Source of the DNA: Podospora anserina
Lineage: Eukaryota
NCBI GenBank assembly: GCA_017654855.1
Contig: CM030336.1
Span: 2,418,001-2,482,000, forward strand
Direction: 5' to 3'
Length of the DNA stretch: 64,000 bases
Shown piece after piece: positions 1-12,986 of this stretch (position 1 is its first letter; every line of letters begins with the position of its first letter). Under the pieces are notes generated by a model, which made no database searches, was not told the DNA's origin, and saw only the letters and a program-made list of their open reading frames with translations. The position numbers and the translations under genes were made by a program.

Positions 1-368
1 GTTGGGGCCCTCAGGTCTGTTGCGCAGCTGCAAGACATGGAGCCCCGCCCACCAAAAACGTCCCAGCCGGCAATCCCTGGCCGGTATCCCCTATCGACCG
101 CGGGGTAGCAGTCAAATTTACTGGAGCCCCTCCACCACCGCCCACCACCACGCCGTTCTGCTTCCCCGTCCCTTGTTCTCGTCTGAAGTTGCTCCCGGAC
201 CGTGACTCACGAATTGGCTGACAGGTCCCTTATTTCGGTTTCAGGGGACGCAAAATATTCCCATTTAGGCCACTACCATCGCCCTCGACCGAATCCCTTT
301 CCAAAGCCACCTACAGGCCAACACCAAACACACCCCGTCCACATCGACAGTCTCGGAGAATCGTCACC

Positions 369-2837
369 ATGGAGAAGGTCGAAAAGGTCACCGAAGCCCT
401 CAAGAAGGCCACAATCGGCGGCGATGAGAAGAAGAAGGCCAAGAAGGAGAAGAAGGCCGCCCCTGCCGCCGATGCCAGCGCCGGCCCCCTCGAGATGAAC
501 CCCCCTCCATCCTTCATCCAGGAGCGTATCGACCTGTTCGACCGCCTGTACAAGGAACAGCAGGAGGAAATCGCCAGTAGACCTCGCGAGGACATCACAA
601 TCACAATGCCAGATGGCACCATCAAGGTCGGCAAATCGTACGAGACCACCCCCGCCGAAATTGCCAAGGGCATCTCCAACAGCCTCTTCAAGCGCACTGT
701 TGTTGCGAGAATCGATGGCGAGACATTGTGGGATCTCGAGCGTCCCCTTGAGAAGAGCTGCAAGCTTGAGCTTCTGGACTTCAACGACGACCAGGGCAAG
801 TTTGTCTTCTGGCATTCCAGCGCACATATTCTTGGCGAGGCCTGCGAGCGGAGGTTCGGTTGCTCGCTGTGCATTGGTCCCCCAGTGGACAATGGTTTCT
901 ACTACGAAATGGCTCTGCCAGATGGTGCCGCTGTTCAGTCCACAGACTGGGCGCCACTTGAGAACATTGTCAGCAAGGTGGTCAAGGAGAAGCAGCCTTT
1001 CCAGAGACTCGAGATGAGCAAGGAGGACCTGCTCAAGATGTTTGCCTACAACAAGTACAAGCAGCACATCATCAAGGACAAGATTGAGGATGGCACCAAG
1101 ACCACAGTTTACAGGAACGGCCCCTTGATCGATTTGTGCAGAGGCCCCCACGTCCCCGACACTGGCAGAATCGAGGCTTTTGCCATCATGAAGAACTCGT
1201 CTTCTTACTTCCTCGGTGATGCGAACAACGACTCCCTTCAGAGAATCTACGGTGTATCTTTTCCCGACAAGAAGCAAATGGCTGCCCATAAGAAGTTTCT
1301 GGAGGAGGCCGCTAAGCGCGACCACCGCTTGATTGGCAAGCAGCAAGAGTTGTTCTATTTTGAGGAGTGCTCGCCCGGTTCGGCCATGTGGCTGCCCCAC
1401 GGTATGCGCATCCACAATGCGATTATGGATTACATCAAGGAGGAGTACTGGGCCCGTGGCTACGACGAGGTCATGACTCCCAATATGTTTAACGTGTCTC
1501 TTTGGGAGCAATCTGGCCACTTGGCGCATTACAAGGAGGACATGTTCCTTCTTGACGTGGACAAGGAGCAGTTCGGTCTCAAGCCCATGAACTGCCCGGC
1601 CCACGCCATGATGTTCCGTCACAGAGAGCGCAGTCACAAGGAACTTCCCCTCCGCCTTGCCGATTTCGGTGTCCTCCACCGTAACGAAGCCAGCGGTGCG
1701 CTCAGCGGTCTCACCAGAGTAAGAAGATTCCAGCAGGATGATGCCCACATCTTCTGTCGCGAGGACCAGATCAAGGAGGAAGTTGCCGATCTCTTCGACT
1801 TCATGCGCAAGTTCTACGGTATCCTCGGCCTCACATTCAAGCTCAAGCTTTCTACTCGCCCAGAAAAGTTCCTTGGTGAGATCGAGACATGGGACCGCGC
1901 CGAGTCTCGTCTTAAGGAGGCTCTTGACGAGTTTGCTGCCTCTGACAAGGATGGTGGTGTCTCTTGGGAGCTCAACCCTGGTGATGGTGCCTTCTACGGC
2001 CCCAAGATTGATATCGCTGTGCTGGACTGCCTCAACAGACCGTGGCAGTGCGCCACCATCCAGCTTGACTTCCAGCAGCCCCAGAACTTCTCCCTCGAGT
2101 ACCAGACTGGCGAGGCTGTGCACAAGGGTGAGACCAAGGCTGCTGTTGAGGAGCCTGCTCCTCCTGCTCCTGAGGCCGAGGCTGAGAAGGACAAGGATGG
2201 CAAGGAGAAGAAGAAGCCTCTTCTTATCAAGAAGGCTCTTTCTCCTGGCTGTGCCCGCCCTGTCATGATCCACCGTGCCATGGCTGGCAGTATCGAGCGC
2301 TTCACTGCCATTTTGGCTGAGCACTTTGCCGGCAAGTGGCCATTCTGGATGTCGCCTCGCCAGGTTATCGTTATCCCCGTTGGCATGGGCTTCTTGGATT
2401 ACGCTAAGGAGGTCGCTGCCCTGCTGAAGAAGGAGAAGTTTTATGCCGGTATGTTGTTCCTTCACACCCCTATTTTCGACATCAATTCTAACTGTGTGAT
2501 TCCAAGATGTCGACAGCTCCGGCAACACCCTCCAGAAGAAGATTCGCAACGGCCAGCTCGCCCAATGTAAGTTACAACAATCCAAGCGCATTTATTCTCG
2601 AAGAGAAACTAACATGGTCTTTTAGACAACTTCGTCTTCGTGGTCGGCGACGACGAGATGCGCAACCGCAAGGTCAACATCCGCTATCGCGACGACACCT
2701 CCACCCAGGCGAGAGATGTGCCTTTTGACTTGGACGAGGCCATCCAGAAGCTCAGGCAGCTCAAGTCTAACAGGGGCATGTACAACCCATTCCCTCATGT
2801 GGCCGAGGCGAAGAAGGAGGAGGAGGTCAAGGCTTAG
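369..2837 (+). CDS. THS1: Threonyl-tRNA synthetase, cytoplasmic (3 exons: 369-2448, 2507-2566, 2626-2837)
   Basis: TGS domain; editing-domain motifs [10 protein letters not shown] and DLCRGPHV; class II core [41 protein letters not shown] introns 2449-2506 and 2567-2625 restore the anticodon-binding domain ([28 protein letters not shown]). Confidence 0.97.
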
Positions 2838-3565
2838 ATGAATGAATGAAATGAAAAAATGAGGGTAGAAAAAGTAGAAGTCATTCCATCGAACCTGTTT
2901 CTTGCCTGCCGGTATACCATGAATCTGTAGCTTTTAGTGGTTTTTTGGTATTGCTTAAAGCAGGGGTTTGGGGGAGCACTGGTGTTGGTGGTGGTGATGG
3001 TGGTGTGGTGTTTGTAGCAGAAATACGAGGTAAAAAAACCCTTTCGACAAACAAACCAACTCGAGATATTGGTTGTCATGCAAGCCAAGCATGTTTACTA
3101 AGAATTCAGGGGTAGCTCGCAATACTGCCTGGAAGTTGGTCGGCTCAACAACGGACTAAAGAGAGCTGTCCAAAAAAGAAAAAAAAGGTATCATTCAAAA
3201 GCCAAAGCAAGGCACTCTACAAGATAACCCAACCAAACAACGCAAAAGCCGCAACAAAAAGCCAAAAAACAAAAACTAATCGTACTACTTCATCATGTTG
3301 AATTGCTATCCCCTTTCCCCCTTCCCATTTTGTTCCCCAATCTCTCTCCCTCCATCATGAGAAAAAAATGAAAAAGAGGACTCAGAGGTTTGTTACATAA
3401 AAGTTGAGTGTGCAATCATGCATAGCCTCATGCGTCCCGTGTGTGTTGCGTGTGTCGTCAGGTATCTTTTAACAAAAACCACCCCCTTTTTTATCATTTT
3501 TCTTTCCCCAACTAATAATCCCAGTTCCTATTTTGCCCCCTAAAAAGCCCTTTCCCATACAAAAC

Positions 3566-4491
3566 CTAAGGCTTAGGGATATGAATCGTCTTGCTGCACA
3601 TCAAACACCCATGAATAGCAAACATGAGCGCCACCGGGTGAAACTCTAGGAGGGTACCCGTGAACAAAGTGCCCAGAGGCAACGCCTCGTGAATCCAGCC
3701 CTTAGAGATCCAATACGCCATCACCGCGTCGGTAGCCAACGTTGTAGGGATGGGGGTTCCCTCAAAGTACTTTGCCTTTCCTGTGGCGTCCTTGGGGATG
3801 GCGGCGGCAGTGACGTTGAACCGGGCCAGTCTCGTCAGGCCGCACAAGACAAAGAAGCCGAGGAGGAGGTGGTCGACTGGTGTGCGGAGGCCCATAGCGA
3901 AGGCGGCTGAGGCTGGGGCTACGCCGAACGAGATCTTGCAAGACACAAAGCTTGTCAGTAAAAGAGAAAGGTGGGCTGCTGGGAGATGGGGGGAAGACAT
4001 ACAAGATCGGCAAGCGAATCCAGCTCCTGCCCCATCATGCTGCTCTTTTTCCTCCACCGCGCAACTTTACCGTCGAAAAAGTCAAAGAACAACCCCAGAG
4101 GCAGGAACCCCAGCGCCCAGTAGAGCGTCGAGTGGGCTTCCGTGTTCAGCGCCGAGGCGAGGGGGCCCGTGGTGATGCAGTACCGCAGAGAGGAAAAGAC
4201 GGAGAGGATGCCGCAGAGGCCGTTGAGCTCGGTGATGAGGTCGGCCAGGTGGAGGGCGCGAACGAGGGAGAAGTGGCCTACATCGGACGAGAGGAGGAGG
4301 TCTTGCTTGTTGTCTTTTACTGTTGGTGGGTGGGGCGTTAGTTTCACTGGGTGGTGGTTTGGGACAGAAAAGCTCAGAAAATAGCGGGGGAGGGGGAGAA
4401 TGAACATACGCGCTGGCGACTTGGAGACGGTGGCATCGTTGCTGGAGGAGGCGGCAGACCCGGAGGCCGCGACGCTTGTTCTCTTTGACAT
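3566..4491 (-). CDS. CHO1: CDP-diacylglycerol--serine O-phosphatidyltransferase (exons 4491-4410, 4319-4003, 3934-3566)
   Basis: CDP-alcohol phosphotransferase motif [34 protein letters not shown]; also RLARFNV and YFEGTPIP. Introns 4409-4320 and 4002-3935 have GTATGT donors. Confidence 0.95.
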
Positions 4492-5469
4492 GATGGTGTT
4501 GGTTTGAATATATGCGCTGTCGGCTTTGGTTCTGTGGGAGGAGAGCAGGGTAGGTATCGTAAAAAGAGAGAGGTTGGTATGTAGTATGTCTGTGATGAAG
4601 GTGTGCTGCTGCTCCAAACAAAAGCGCAATACAAACAAGGCCACGATGGATTGCGCAGCGCAGTGTATGTACTGGATCAAGGGAATTGCGTCAGGGTCGG
4701 CGGGTCGGAGGTAGGTTGTTTTGTTGGCTCTCTCTCACAAGCAACAAGCAGGAACGGCGCAGGCGGACGCTTGAGCGGGAGTTGGTTTTGGCACAGACAG
4801 TGGGGACTTTCCGCCCGAATGGTCTGAACCGTGAACGGTGCGCTTGACCGCCTGCCACATACGGTCTAGCATCTGCCAGAAGGTCTGGTTTTTATGCGCC
4901 CAGGACGGGATGCCGTCACTTTTCTGCTGGGCTAAAGTGTGTTGCATAATACGTCATGGAAACTATTCACATTCTGCTGGCACACACATCGTGGACTTTT
5001 TTTTTTCCTTTTTTTTCATTTACAACATTTATGTCTATATAAATTCTCGCTATCAAGACAGTTACTTTTTTTTTTTATTCTTTTTCTTGTTCTGCAAAAT
5101 ATCAAACCAATCAGTCACAGTCGGATTCTTGAGAAGGAAAGATGGAAGCTCAATCTCTCCCTGCGTCCCTGGCCTGAACTGATCCAGGGCAACGAACGTC
5201 GTATCCATATTCAGGTGTTGCCAAAGTTGATACAGAAGCGGCCTCAAGTCTCCGGTCAAGTCGGCCAACCATCTCCGCCTCTTCCGTCGTATTTCTTCGT
5301 CGTCAAGTCCCGGCGACCTGGCCCTCTTCTTGCTTGTATTGTTTTCTCCATTATCATCATCATCATCCCAACGATAACCGTCCTCGAATTCACAGCACTC
5401 GTCATCTTCATACTCCCCATCCTCATACTCCACATTTTCCGGGTATCTCTCCGCTTCCTGCAAGATCAA

Positions 5470-6747
5470 CTAATTCTCGACGAGCTCGTCAAGGGCACCA
5501 GACTCGCTCAACCTTTTTATCCACTCGTGAATGGCCAGTCCGAAATCGTTTTGGCGGCTGGCAGCCCTATTGTCGCTGTCGGTTTGGGTGTTCCCGCAGA
5601 GGGCCATGAGGTTGCACTCGGTTTCCCGCCCTCTCATGTACTCTTCCAGAGTCGACTGAATGTCTATTAACCAGTTGTCGGGATTCTCAATGTCGCAGAT
5701 GTATCCCGGTTCCGTGTCCAAGCCATCAAAAAGCCAGATGCCGTTACCGATGGGCACAAAAGCAACAAAATGATAGGCTGCACTAGAAGCACCACTACTG
5801 CGTCTTCTATTAGCAGATGCTGCCTTTCCCCTTGCCCTCTTGGCCGCCCGGGCCCGCTTGTTCCGCATGGCGTCTTGTTCAAGCTCCAGAACAGCATTTA
5901 GAAGGTCAAGGCGGCTGTTGTGCATATTGTGGGCAGCTCGTATAAAGGTGCTGGTGGCGACCTTGTTGCCTCGGAACGAGGGGCTCAAGTCCTTGGACTG
6001 CTCCTTGAACTCGCTCAGCTTTTCCCCGAGAGCAAGATCTTTGGCGTTCATGACAATGTTCAGGAGGGCAATGGTCCCGCACGCATTCGTAGCCGTCTGC
6101 CTGGAGAACCACAAATCTGATTTGTCGTCGGGCTGACGCGGGAGCCAAACCTGCCGCATACTTCTGTAACTTTGAAGGAATACCAACCCATAAACCGGAG
6201 ACCTGTTGGAGGGGCTGTTAGCAAGGTGAACCATCCGCAGGAGTTGAGAATCATACTCAAAAGTGGCAGCGAGCGTCTCGAGGTCCAGCGGTTCTCTTAT
6301 CTCTGCGTCCTCAACACCCAGCTTTCTTAAGATGTCGGTGAAGAGCTTGGGATCCGACACCACCTCTGCCCAACCATCCCACTCTTCCAATTCGTTTTCC
6401 TTCCATGGTTCGAGCGACGCCGCGATGATGTCTTTCGTCACGTGCTCGGGCAGTTCGGGCTCAGGTTCACTGTCAGGATCAGAGTCGGGCCCAGATTGCT
6501 GCCCCTCATCCTGCTCTGCCTCAGGCTCCGGCTCATCAAGTGCTGGGTTATTTGCCTTCCGCTTTCTAGTCTTCGCAGGCGCCTGCTCTTGTTCGGTATC
6601 ACCAGGATAGCTGGGCTTCTTAGTCGCGCGACCCGAGCGACGAGGAGCGAAATCCTTAATATCCTCTGCGTTGGTGACGTGTTTTAGAGAGGAGGAGTCC
6701 TCTGGTGCATAAAATGGATGCTTGTTCGGTGGTTTTCTCGGACCCAT
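5470..6747 (-). CDS. Ubiquitin C-terminal hydrolase, peptidase C12 family (UCH37/BAP1-like); exons 6747-6257, 6202-5470
   Basis: WAEVVSDPKLFTDILRKLGV, VYGLVFL, catalytic Q/C in FSRQTATNACGTIALLNIVMN, His in AYHFVAFVP, Asp in LFDGL. A 54-nt intron at 6256-6203 has GTATGA, GCTAAC and CAG signals. First ATG at 6747. Confidence 0.88.
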   Translation of the reverse strand: MGPRKPPNKHPFYAPEDSSSLKHVTNAEDIKDFAPRRSGRATKKPSYPGDTEQEQAPAKTRKRKANNPALDEPEPEAEQDEGQQSGPDSDPDSEPEPELPEHVTKDIIAASLEPWKENELEEWDGWAEVVSDPKLFTDILRKLGVEDAEIREPLDLETLAATFEYDSQLLRMVHLANSPSNRSPVYGLVFLQSYRSMRQVWLPRQPDDKSDLWFSRQTATNACGTIALLNIVMNAKDLALGEKLSEFKEQSKDLSPSFRGNKVATSTFIRAAHNMHNSRLDLLNAVLELEQDAMRNKRARAAKRARGKAASANRRRSSGASSAAYHFVAFVPIGNGIWLFDGLDTEPGYICDIENPDNWLIDIQSTLEEYMRGRETECNLMALCGNTQTDSDNRAASRQNDFGLAIHEWIKRLSESGALDELVEN

Positions 6748-7698
6748 GCTGGATTGATATGCCGTGTTGCGTTTGGGAAAGAGAGAAAGAATACCGATCA
6801 ACGCTGCTGAAACGAAGGAAGAGGTTGATGATAGTTGGCGCAAGCTGGCTGACTGACAGCAGTATGGGGTTGGTGCCTTGGCCTGCCTGGAATAGGAGGC
6901 ACGAGTAGGTCAGTTTTCTGGGAAGTTACCAGAGCCATGAGATGCCGTGGCTGAACTTTGGATGTTTGGCAGGTGCTGGTGACGGCCCGTTGCGCTTTGC
7001 TACCCATCCAAGTTATCCATTACCTTGGACGCTTCGTCTTGACAATACACTCATCAAAAATAACAATCAAAATATGTCTTAATCCGGTGCATGAGGTGGG
7101 TGTCTTTGAGTATCTTGGATATTCAAACAGACGGTTGGTGATAGGAGGTGGACGGATGGACTACCGTCCGTTTCATGAGGAGAAGAAATATACCTTGAGC
7201 AGGCTGTGGAAGTTGCCGATGAGGATTAATTTCAGGCTCACAGTCATATTGGTCTGCAGAGCATCTTGTTGGGTTCCTAGATCAACCAGGGCAGGGTATG
7301 GAGTTGAGAAATATCAAGCTCTGGAAGTTGTGATGAAAGTCAAGAGTGGAGACCTTAGCTTGAGCTTAAACCAATCAGCATCGGCTGTCGTTGGACCCTG
7401 CCAGCGCGGCCCAGATGGAAACTGGAGACCGCGTCTTGACGTGCCGCTAACAAAAGCAACAGGAATTTTTGGCAGCTTTCTATTCGCACTGCGCTGCCTG
7501 CATCACCTCCACGACGAACAGCCAGCCGAATCTTTCTCGAACGAGCGGCCGTCACAAAACACACGCCTGTCGCCAGATACTGTCGCCATTACAAAAGTAC
7601 CATCGTTGTTGCGCTTCCACCCATCGTCCATCCCTCATCACCCAAGCACAACAAACCGAGCATCGAGTTATTAGCTTCACCACCCAACCCGGCATGCC

Positions 7699-10600
7699 AT
7701 GACCGGCGTCGGTGCCTTTCCTCAGACCCCCGTGGCACCCCGAGTAGGGCGTGCCCGGCCAACTCCCTTCAACAACAATCTTCCGCCAACCCTCCAACAC
7801 CAGCCCCGACGACCACCGGCAAACCCCAATCCGCTGCCCGTGGCTCCCCAAGCAGGCGGCGCACCCCCCACTGCCAACCCTCCCGTCATTCCATTAAACA
7901 TCCTCGATGCCCCGACACAGCGTCTGTACGCGGTTGCCGTCTATGCTGGGCTCTTGGCATGGAAGCTCTACGACTGGGCCGGCGTGGTGGAGGAGGACAC
8001 CGAGTCCTTGTGGCTGTTTCTCAAATGGGTTGCCATAGATTGCGCCTTCTTGTTCGGCCTGCCAGAGCTTAGGATACCATGGCTGGAACTATCGCAGCCC
8101 TTCGTTATATCGGCCTTCTTTATTCACGCCTTCATTGACTGGTCCTTGATGTTCAACCTTGGGGTATGTTGTGTCCGTCCTCCAGGGAGGTGTTTTGGTA
8201 CTGACTTTGGGTCTTGAACAGTTTGGTTGGCAGGGATGGATCATCGGAATTGTCAAGATGTTTTATGATCGCGAACTGGCTATTTCTGAGCACAACGTCA
8301 AGCTTTCCAGCATTATTCACAACCACTCGCTCATCATGGGCAAGCAAATCATCAACATTCTCCCCGAGGGCTCAGCGGTGCTCAACCCCGAACGACACCC
8401 GCTCTGCTTGAGCAGTGACCAGAAGACCGCGCTCATCCCCATGTTTTTCAACGCTACCATTCCGGTCGAAGTCGAGCTGCTTCGCACCGATCTCGAAACG
8501 GGTCATCAAGAGTCCATCAAGCTCGGCAGAGTGCATCTTAGGGATATCGAACGAAAGGCCAAGAAGAATAGCGACCTTGATGATATGCAGTCTGTGGTCC
8601 ACTTTGAATATCCTGCCAAGAAGCCTGGCGCTTACCAACTCGGAAAAGTTCTGGACGAGTACAAGTTGGAGGTGCAGCGTCCTGGTCCCCCAACCTTTGT
8701 TGTGCCTTGCCCAAAGGCTTGGGTTGGGCCCACGACAACCCCCGGAAGGTGTCTCGCTGATCTCTCGGATCTGACTCTTCAGGTGGAAGGTACTCCGCCC
8801 CTCAAGATCACTTACAGCCGTGCCATCAATGGCAAGGATGTCAGCTTTCACTTTCAGAGCTTGCAGCCCGAGGGATTCATGAGTCCTCTCGGCGCCATAC
8901 GGCCCACGAGTCTGGTGCAGGATGACGATGAAGACATCTCCTGGGCCAGGCCCCAGCGCGTTCCTGTCAGTGTCAACGAGTCCATGTACGCCAGCGGAAA
9001 GTGGCAGTACTCTGTTGACGAGGTCCAGGACGGATTTGGGAACGTTGTTAAGTACATTTCCCCTTCGGAAGATCCAGAGGGCAAAGCCAAGCCCAAGGAA
9101 CTGGTCCAGGACTTCCTCGTCAAAGAACGCCCAATCCTTAAACTTGATGGGTGTGATCTGAGGAACCCGTTGAGGGCTGCCAGGGGTGACTCCAAGGAGC
9201 TGCCGGTCAAGTTTGGGATTGGCGGTACGCCTGATTCAACAGCGCACAGTCTGAGCTGGCTTTTCTCGCCCATAGACACCCTTACAGATACCGGAGATCA
9301 CGGAGATGTGGTTTCGGTTGGCACCTTCAATGCTAAAAACGCCAGGGACAAACCAAGGATCTCTGCTCCCGGTCTTTACACTCTCAAGTCTGTATCTTCC
9401 GGTGGATGTGAGGGTGAAGTGCGGGAGCCGTCCTCCTGCTTGCTTTTGAACCCTCTCGAACCAAAACTTTCATTGCGTTCAGAAGAAATTCCAGACACAT
9501 GTGCTGGCAACTCGATCGGTCTCCAGGTGGACCTTCACTTGATTGGCACCCCACCGTTCATCCTTCGATACGATATCATTGAAAACGGAAAAACGAGACA
9601 CGCGGACCCGGTTAAGATCCCTGGCCTGCGCCACCAGATGGAGTTGATCCCCAGCGTTTCCGGGCACCACAAGTACATCTTCACTCATATCAGTGACGAT
9701 GTCTACAAGGGAGTCAAACTTTCGGGCCCAGAATTCACCCTGGAGCAGGATGTCAAGCCGCAGGCGAGCGCTATTCTCCAGCAGACCATCGGTAAAAAGG
9801 CTTGCTTGGGAGACCACGTGACGGCGGACGTCATGCTCCTGGGAGACGCACCCTTCACTTTGGAATGGGAAATCATCCACGATGGAAAGAGAAAGGCCCA
9901 CAAGGCTACCAACATTGAAGGGAATGAGTACCAAATCTCGACGCCACCTTTGACCCAGGGTGGCGAGTACACTCTGGCATTGAGCAGCGTGCAGGACAAG
10001 AGAGGCTGCCGCAACTTTTTGAAGCAAGAGCTGAAGATCTCGGTACGTCGCCAAAGCCCAAGGGCTGCGTTTGGCCAGATTGAGCACAAGCGCAAGATCA
10101 CGGGCGTCGAGGGCTCGCCCCTTAGCCTGCCTTTGAGGCTCACTGGTGAGGGACCCTGGAAGGTCTCGTACATCAAGCTCAACGACGACGCGGCTACGCG
10201 CCAAGAGAGGACTGTCAGAAACGACAATGGTTATCTTTCGGTCCGGGAACGTGGTACCTACCAGCTTGTGGATGTTTGGGACAACCAATGCCATGGTGTT
10301 ATTGACCCCAAGACCTCCACATTTGAGGTCGACTGGTTCTCTCGCCCCGACATGTCTGTCCTGCTCTCTCACGGCGTTCAGCGAACGGAGACTGGATACC
10401 GCCTGGAAGATGTCTGCGAAGGTGATGTGTCTGGTTTCGAGGTGGGCATGAAGGGTGAGTCGATACTCCATCACTGTGGTAATTTGATCAACTGTTAACT
10501 TGTCATAGGAACTCCCCCATTCTCGATTGAGTACGAGATTCGCCACAAGCCCCCTCAAGGATCAGCGTCTACTGCCAAGAAGAAGTTTGATGTCGCCTTG

Positions 10601-11626
10601 AGAAAGGAATCAATCCAAGCCGACACATCCAAGGCCGGCACATACACGTACAAGTTCACGGCGTTGGAAGACCACCTGTACAACAGCGATCGCAACTTCA
10701 AGCCCGTGCTCGTAGAGCAGAAGGTGAACAGCAAGCCCACGGCGGCATTTGCCAAACCTGGACAAACCTTCAAGTATTGCAAATCCGAGCAGGGTGCGGA
10801 AGAAGGAATCCCTGTCGTTCTCTCAGGTGTGCCTCCATTTTCTCTGGAGGTCGAGATCAAGCACCAAAGCGCCGCCCTCCCCGAGATTTACCGGACCCCC
10901 GTCATCAACTCGGACACGTACGAAATCCAGATCCCTCGGCATCAGCTTCGCCTTGGTACCCAGAACATCCGCATCCGCGATGTCAAGGATGGCAGCGGCT
11001 GCCACTCGGCCACAGCCAACATTGGCGGTCCTTCGATCCAGGTGCAGCTCTTTGAGGCGCCCACCATCTACCCGCTCGAGACACGCACCGACTACTGCGT
11101 GGGTGAGCGTATCTCGTACACCTTGTCAGGCAGCCCACCATTCGACGTCTGGTATACCTTTGACGGCGTCGAGCGCAAAGCCAAGTCAACCACGACTAAC
11201 TTCCGTCGCGTGGCCGAGTCGCCTGGTGAGTTTGTCATCACGACCATTTCAGACAAGTCGTCCGAGTGCAAGGCGCCTGTCAATGTGGCCAAGACGATCC
11301 ACCCCATGCCGGCCGTCAAGATCAGCAGGGGCAAGAACGCTCGCGTTGATATCCACGAAGGTGGAGAGGTGGAGATTCTGTTCGAGTTCTGGGGCACGCC
11401 TCCCTTTGAGTTTACGTATACTCGTAGCACGAACGCGAAGAAGGGACAGAAGAGTGTTGTGTTGGAGACGAGGCACGATATTAGCCACGAGCACAGCAAG
11501 GTCATCCGGGCGAGCCAGGAGGGCACGTATGAGGTTGTGGCCATCAAGGATAAGTTTTGCGCTTTTTCGACGATGGGGGGAGATGAGAAGGGTGATAGGA
11601 AGGGACAGAAGAAGTTGGGGTATTGA
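7699..11626 (+). CDS. POM152: Nucleoporin Pom152 (exons 7699-8163, 8222-10454, 10509-11626)
   Basis: N-terminal [16 protein letters not shown] and [13 protein letters not shown], a TM segment, then repeated Ig-like units with GxPPF motifs. Canonical introns at 8164-8221 and 10455-10508. Confidence 0.93.
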
Positions 11627-12110
11627 TGGGAGGCGTGTAGGGGGGTGTGAATATGAATGGTGGGTGGACTGGTGGATGTAGGACTGGGTTTGGGAGGAAG
11701 CGCTTGACAAAAGAAATTGGCATTTTGTCTTGGGGGTTTTTGTCACATTTTTTTTATTTTCTGGGATTGTAACTAAATGAGGTAAACCATAGCACGGCGT
11801 TTTTGTGGGAAATTGAAATGGGTGATGTTGGTATTTATGGGGGTTGGGGGAGAATAGAACTTGGTGACTGGTGTTTGTTCAGATGAATCCGATGCTTGTT
11901 GTCTGTCAGTGGTTTGGGACACCTAGGCGGAAGTACCTACTAGCATGACGATGATAGCAGATGAAGATCGGGGCTCAGCAATTTGGAATAAGGTCTGAAG
12001 TCTTGATTTTGTTCCCCCACAGGATTTATGGGCCAGTTGTAGGATGAACTTTGATGATCGACTTTGAGCACTCGACCAACGCCTCGTTTACAAAAACCTG
12101 ACAAAAAACA

Positions 12111-12431
12111 ATGAGCCGCACCGACCCAAACAGACACCATCTCGATGGTCAAACCGCACCTGGAAATGTGAACCCCCAGCCCGACTCAGTGTTGTCAAAT
12201 ATGTCCGCACCATCAACACCATCGACACCACCTACTCCCTTTGACACCCCCTGGCCCATCTGCCTCCCATCTTCACTCCCGTCTTCTGGTTTTTTTCTTG
12301 TGGGCTGCTTTTCTCTGGGTGGGTTGTTGTTTACCTATCTTTGTGAGATCCGGGATTTGCTGCTGCCGGTCATTTTGAGGAGAGGGAGGTTGTCACTGTT
12401 TCTGGAAAGGGAGTTTGAGGATATGGGATAA
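12111..12431 (+). CDS. Possible small hypothetical protein with a hydrophobic segment
   Basis: ATG-initiated 106-aa ORF with a Pro/Ser-rich start and hydrophobic GFFLVGCFSLGGLLFTYL; no recognisable family. Confidence 0.25.
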   Translation: MSRTDPNRHHLDGQTAPGNVNPQPDSVLSNMSAPSTPSTPPTPFDTPWPICLPSSLPSSGFFLVGCFSLGGLLFTYLCEIRDLLLPVILRRGRLSLFLEREFEDMG

Positions 12432-12986
12432 TGGTGGGAGAAGGGGGTGTATGTGCGGTTGCCTGGTGTACGGTGGTTGTTTTTTTTTGGGGGGGGGGTC
12501 GGTGTATGATGTTGGGGGGTTGGGGTTTGGTTTTTGAGTGGGTGGTAGCTTTGGGGCTTGAGGGGGATTAGGTGGGTTGTTCAAGGGGGAAGGGGGAGGT
12601 AGTTGAAGAGGGGGAAGGGGAGGATGGGTATGTTCCTTTGGGGTTGGTGGTTTATTTGAGGTTGGGGGGGGGTGAGGGTGTTGTGGTTTTGGGTAAGTGA
12701 ACCAGGACCTTGTAAGAAATCGCAGAGCACAGACGAGGAAACAGTTTGTTCATCGTGATTTATTGTGTGTACTCTTCGTTCATGCCGCTGTCAACATGCT
12801 CAATTGTTCACTTCGCCCCCACCAACCAACCTTCAAAACACAATCTCATCTCTTGCTTCCCATCGACATCAGACACCCTATATTCGCCAGAGTAACCCAT
12901 CGAAAAGCCGTATGACAACTCAACGGGTAGACAGCCTCGGCGCACCCACCCATCAGATACTCCTTTATCTCAGGCCTCTTCATCAA

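Noticed and set aside
273-2591. 772-aa antisense ORF over ThrRS
   Set aside because: Shadow ORF: strong codon bias in the sense gene removes antisense stops, and the translation has no protein-family features.
6203-6256. Stop-free in-frame introns (also 4320-4409 and 40788-40844)
   Set aside because: Canonical splice signals, and removal restores the family alignment; no evidence for functional retention.
11941-12000. Box C/D-like motifs (ATGA...CTGA)
   Set aside because: Too short, no terminal stem and no recognisable rRNA guide.
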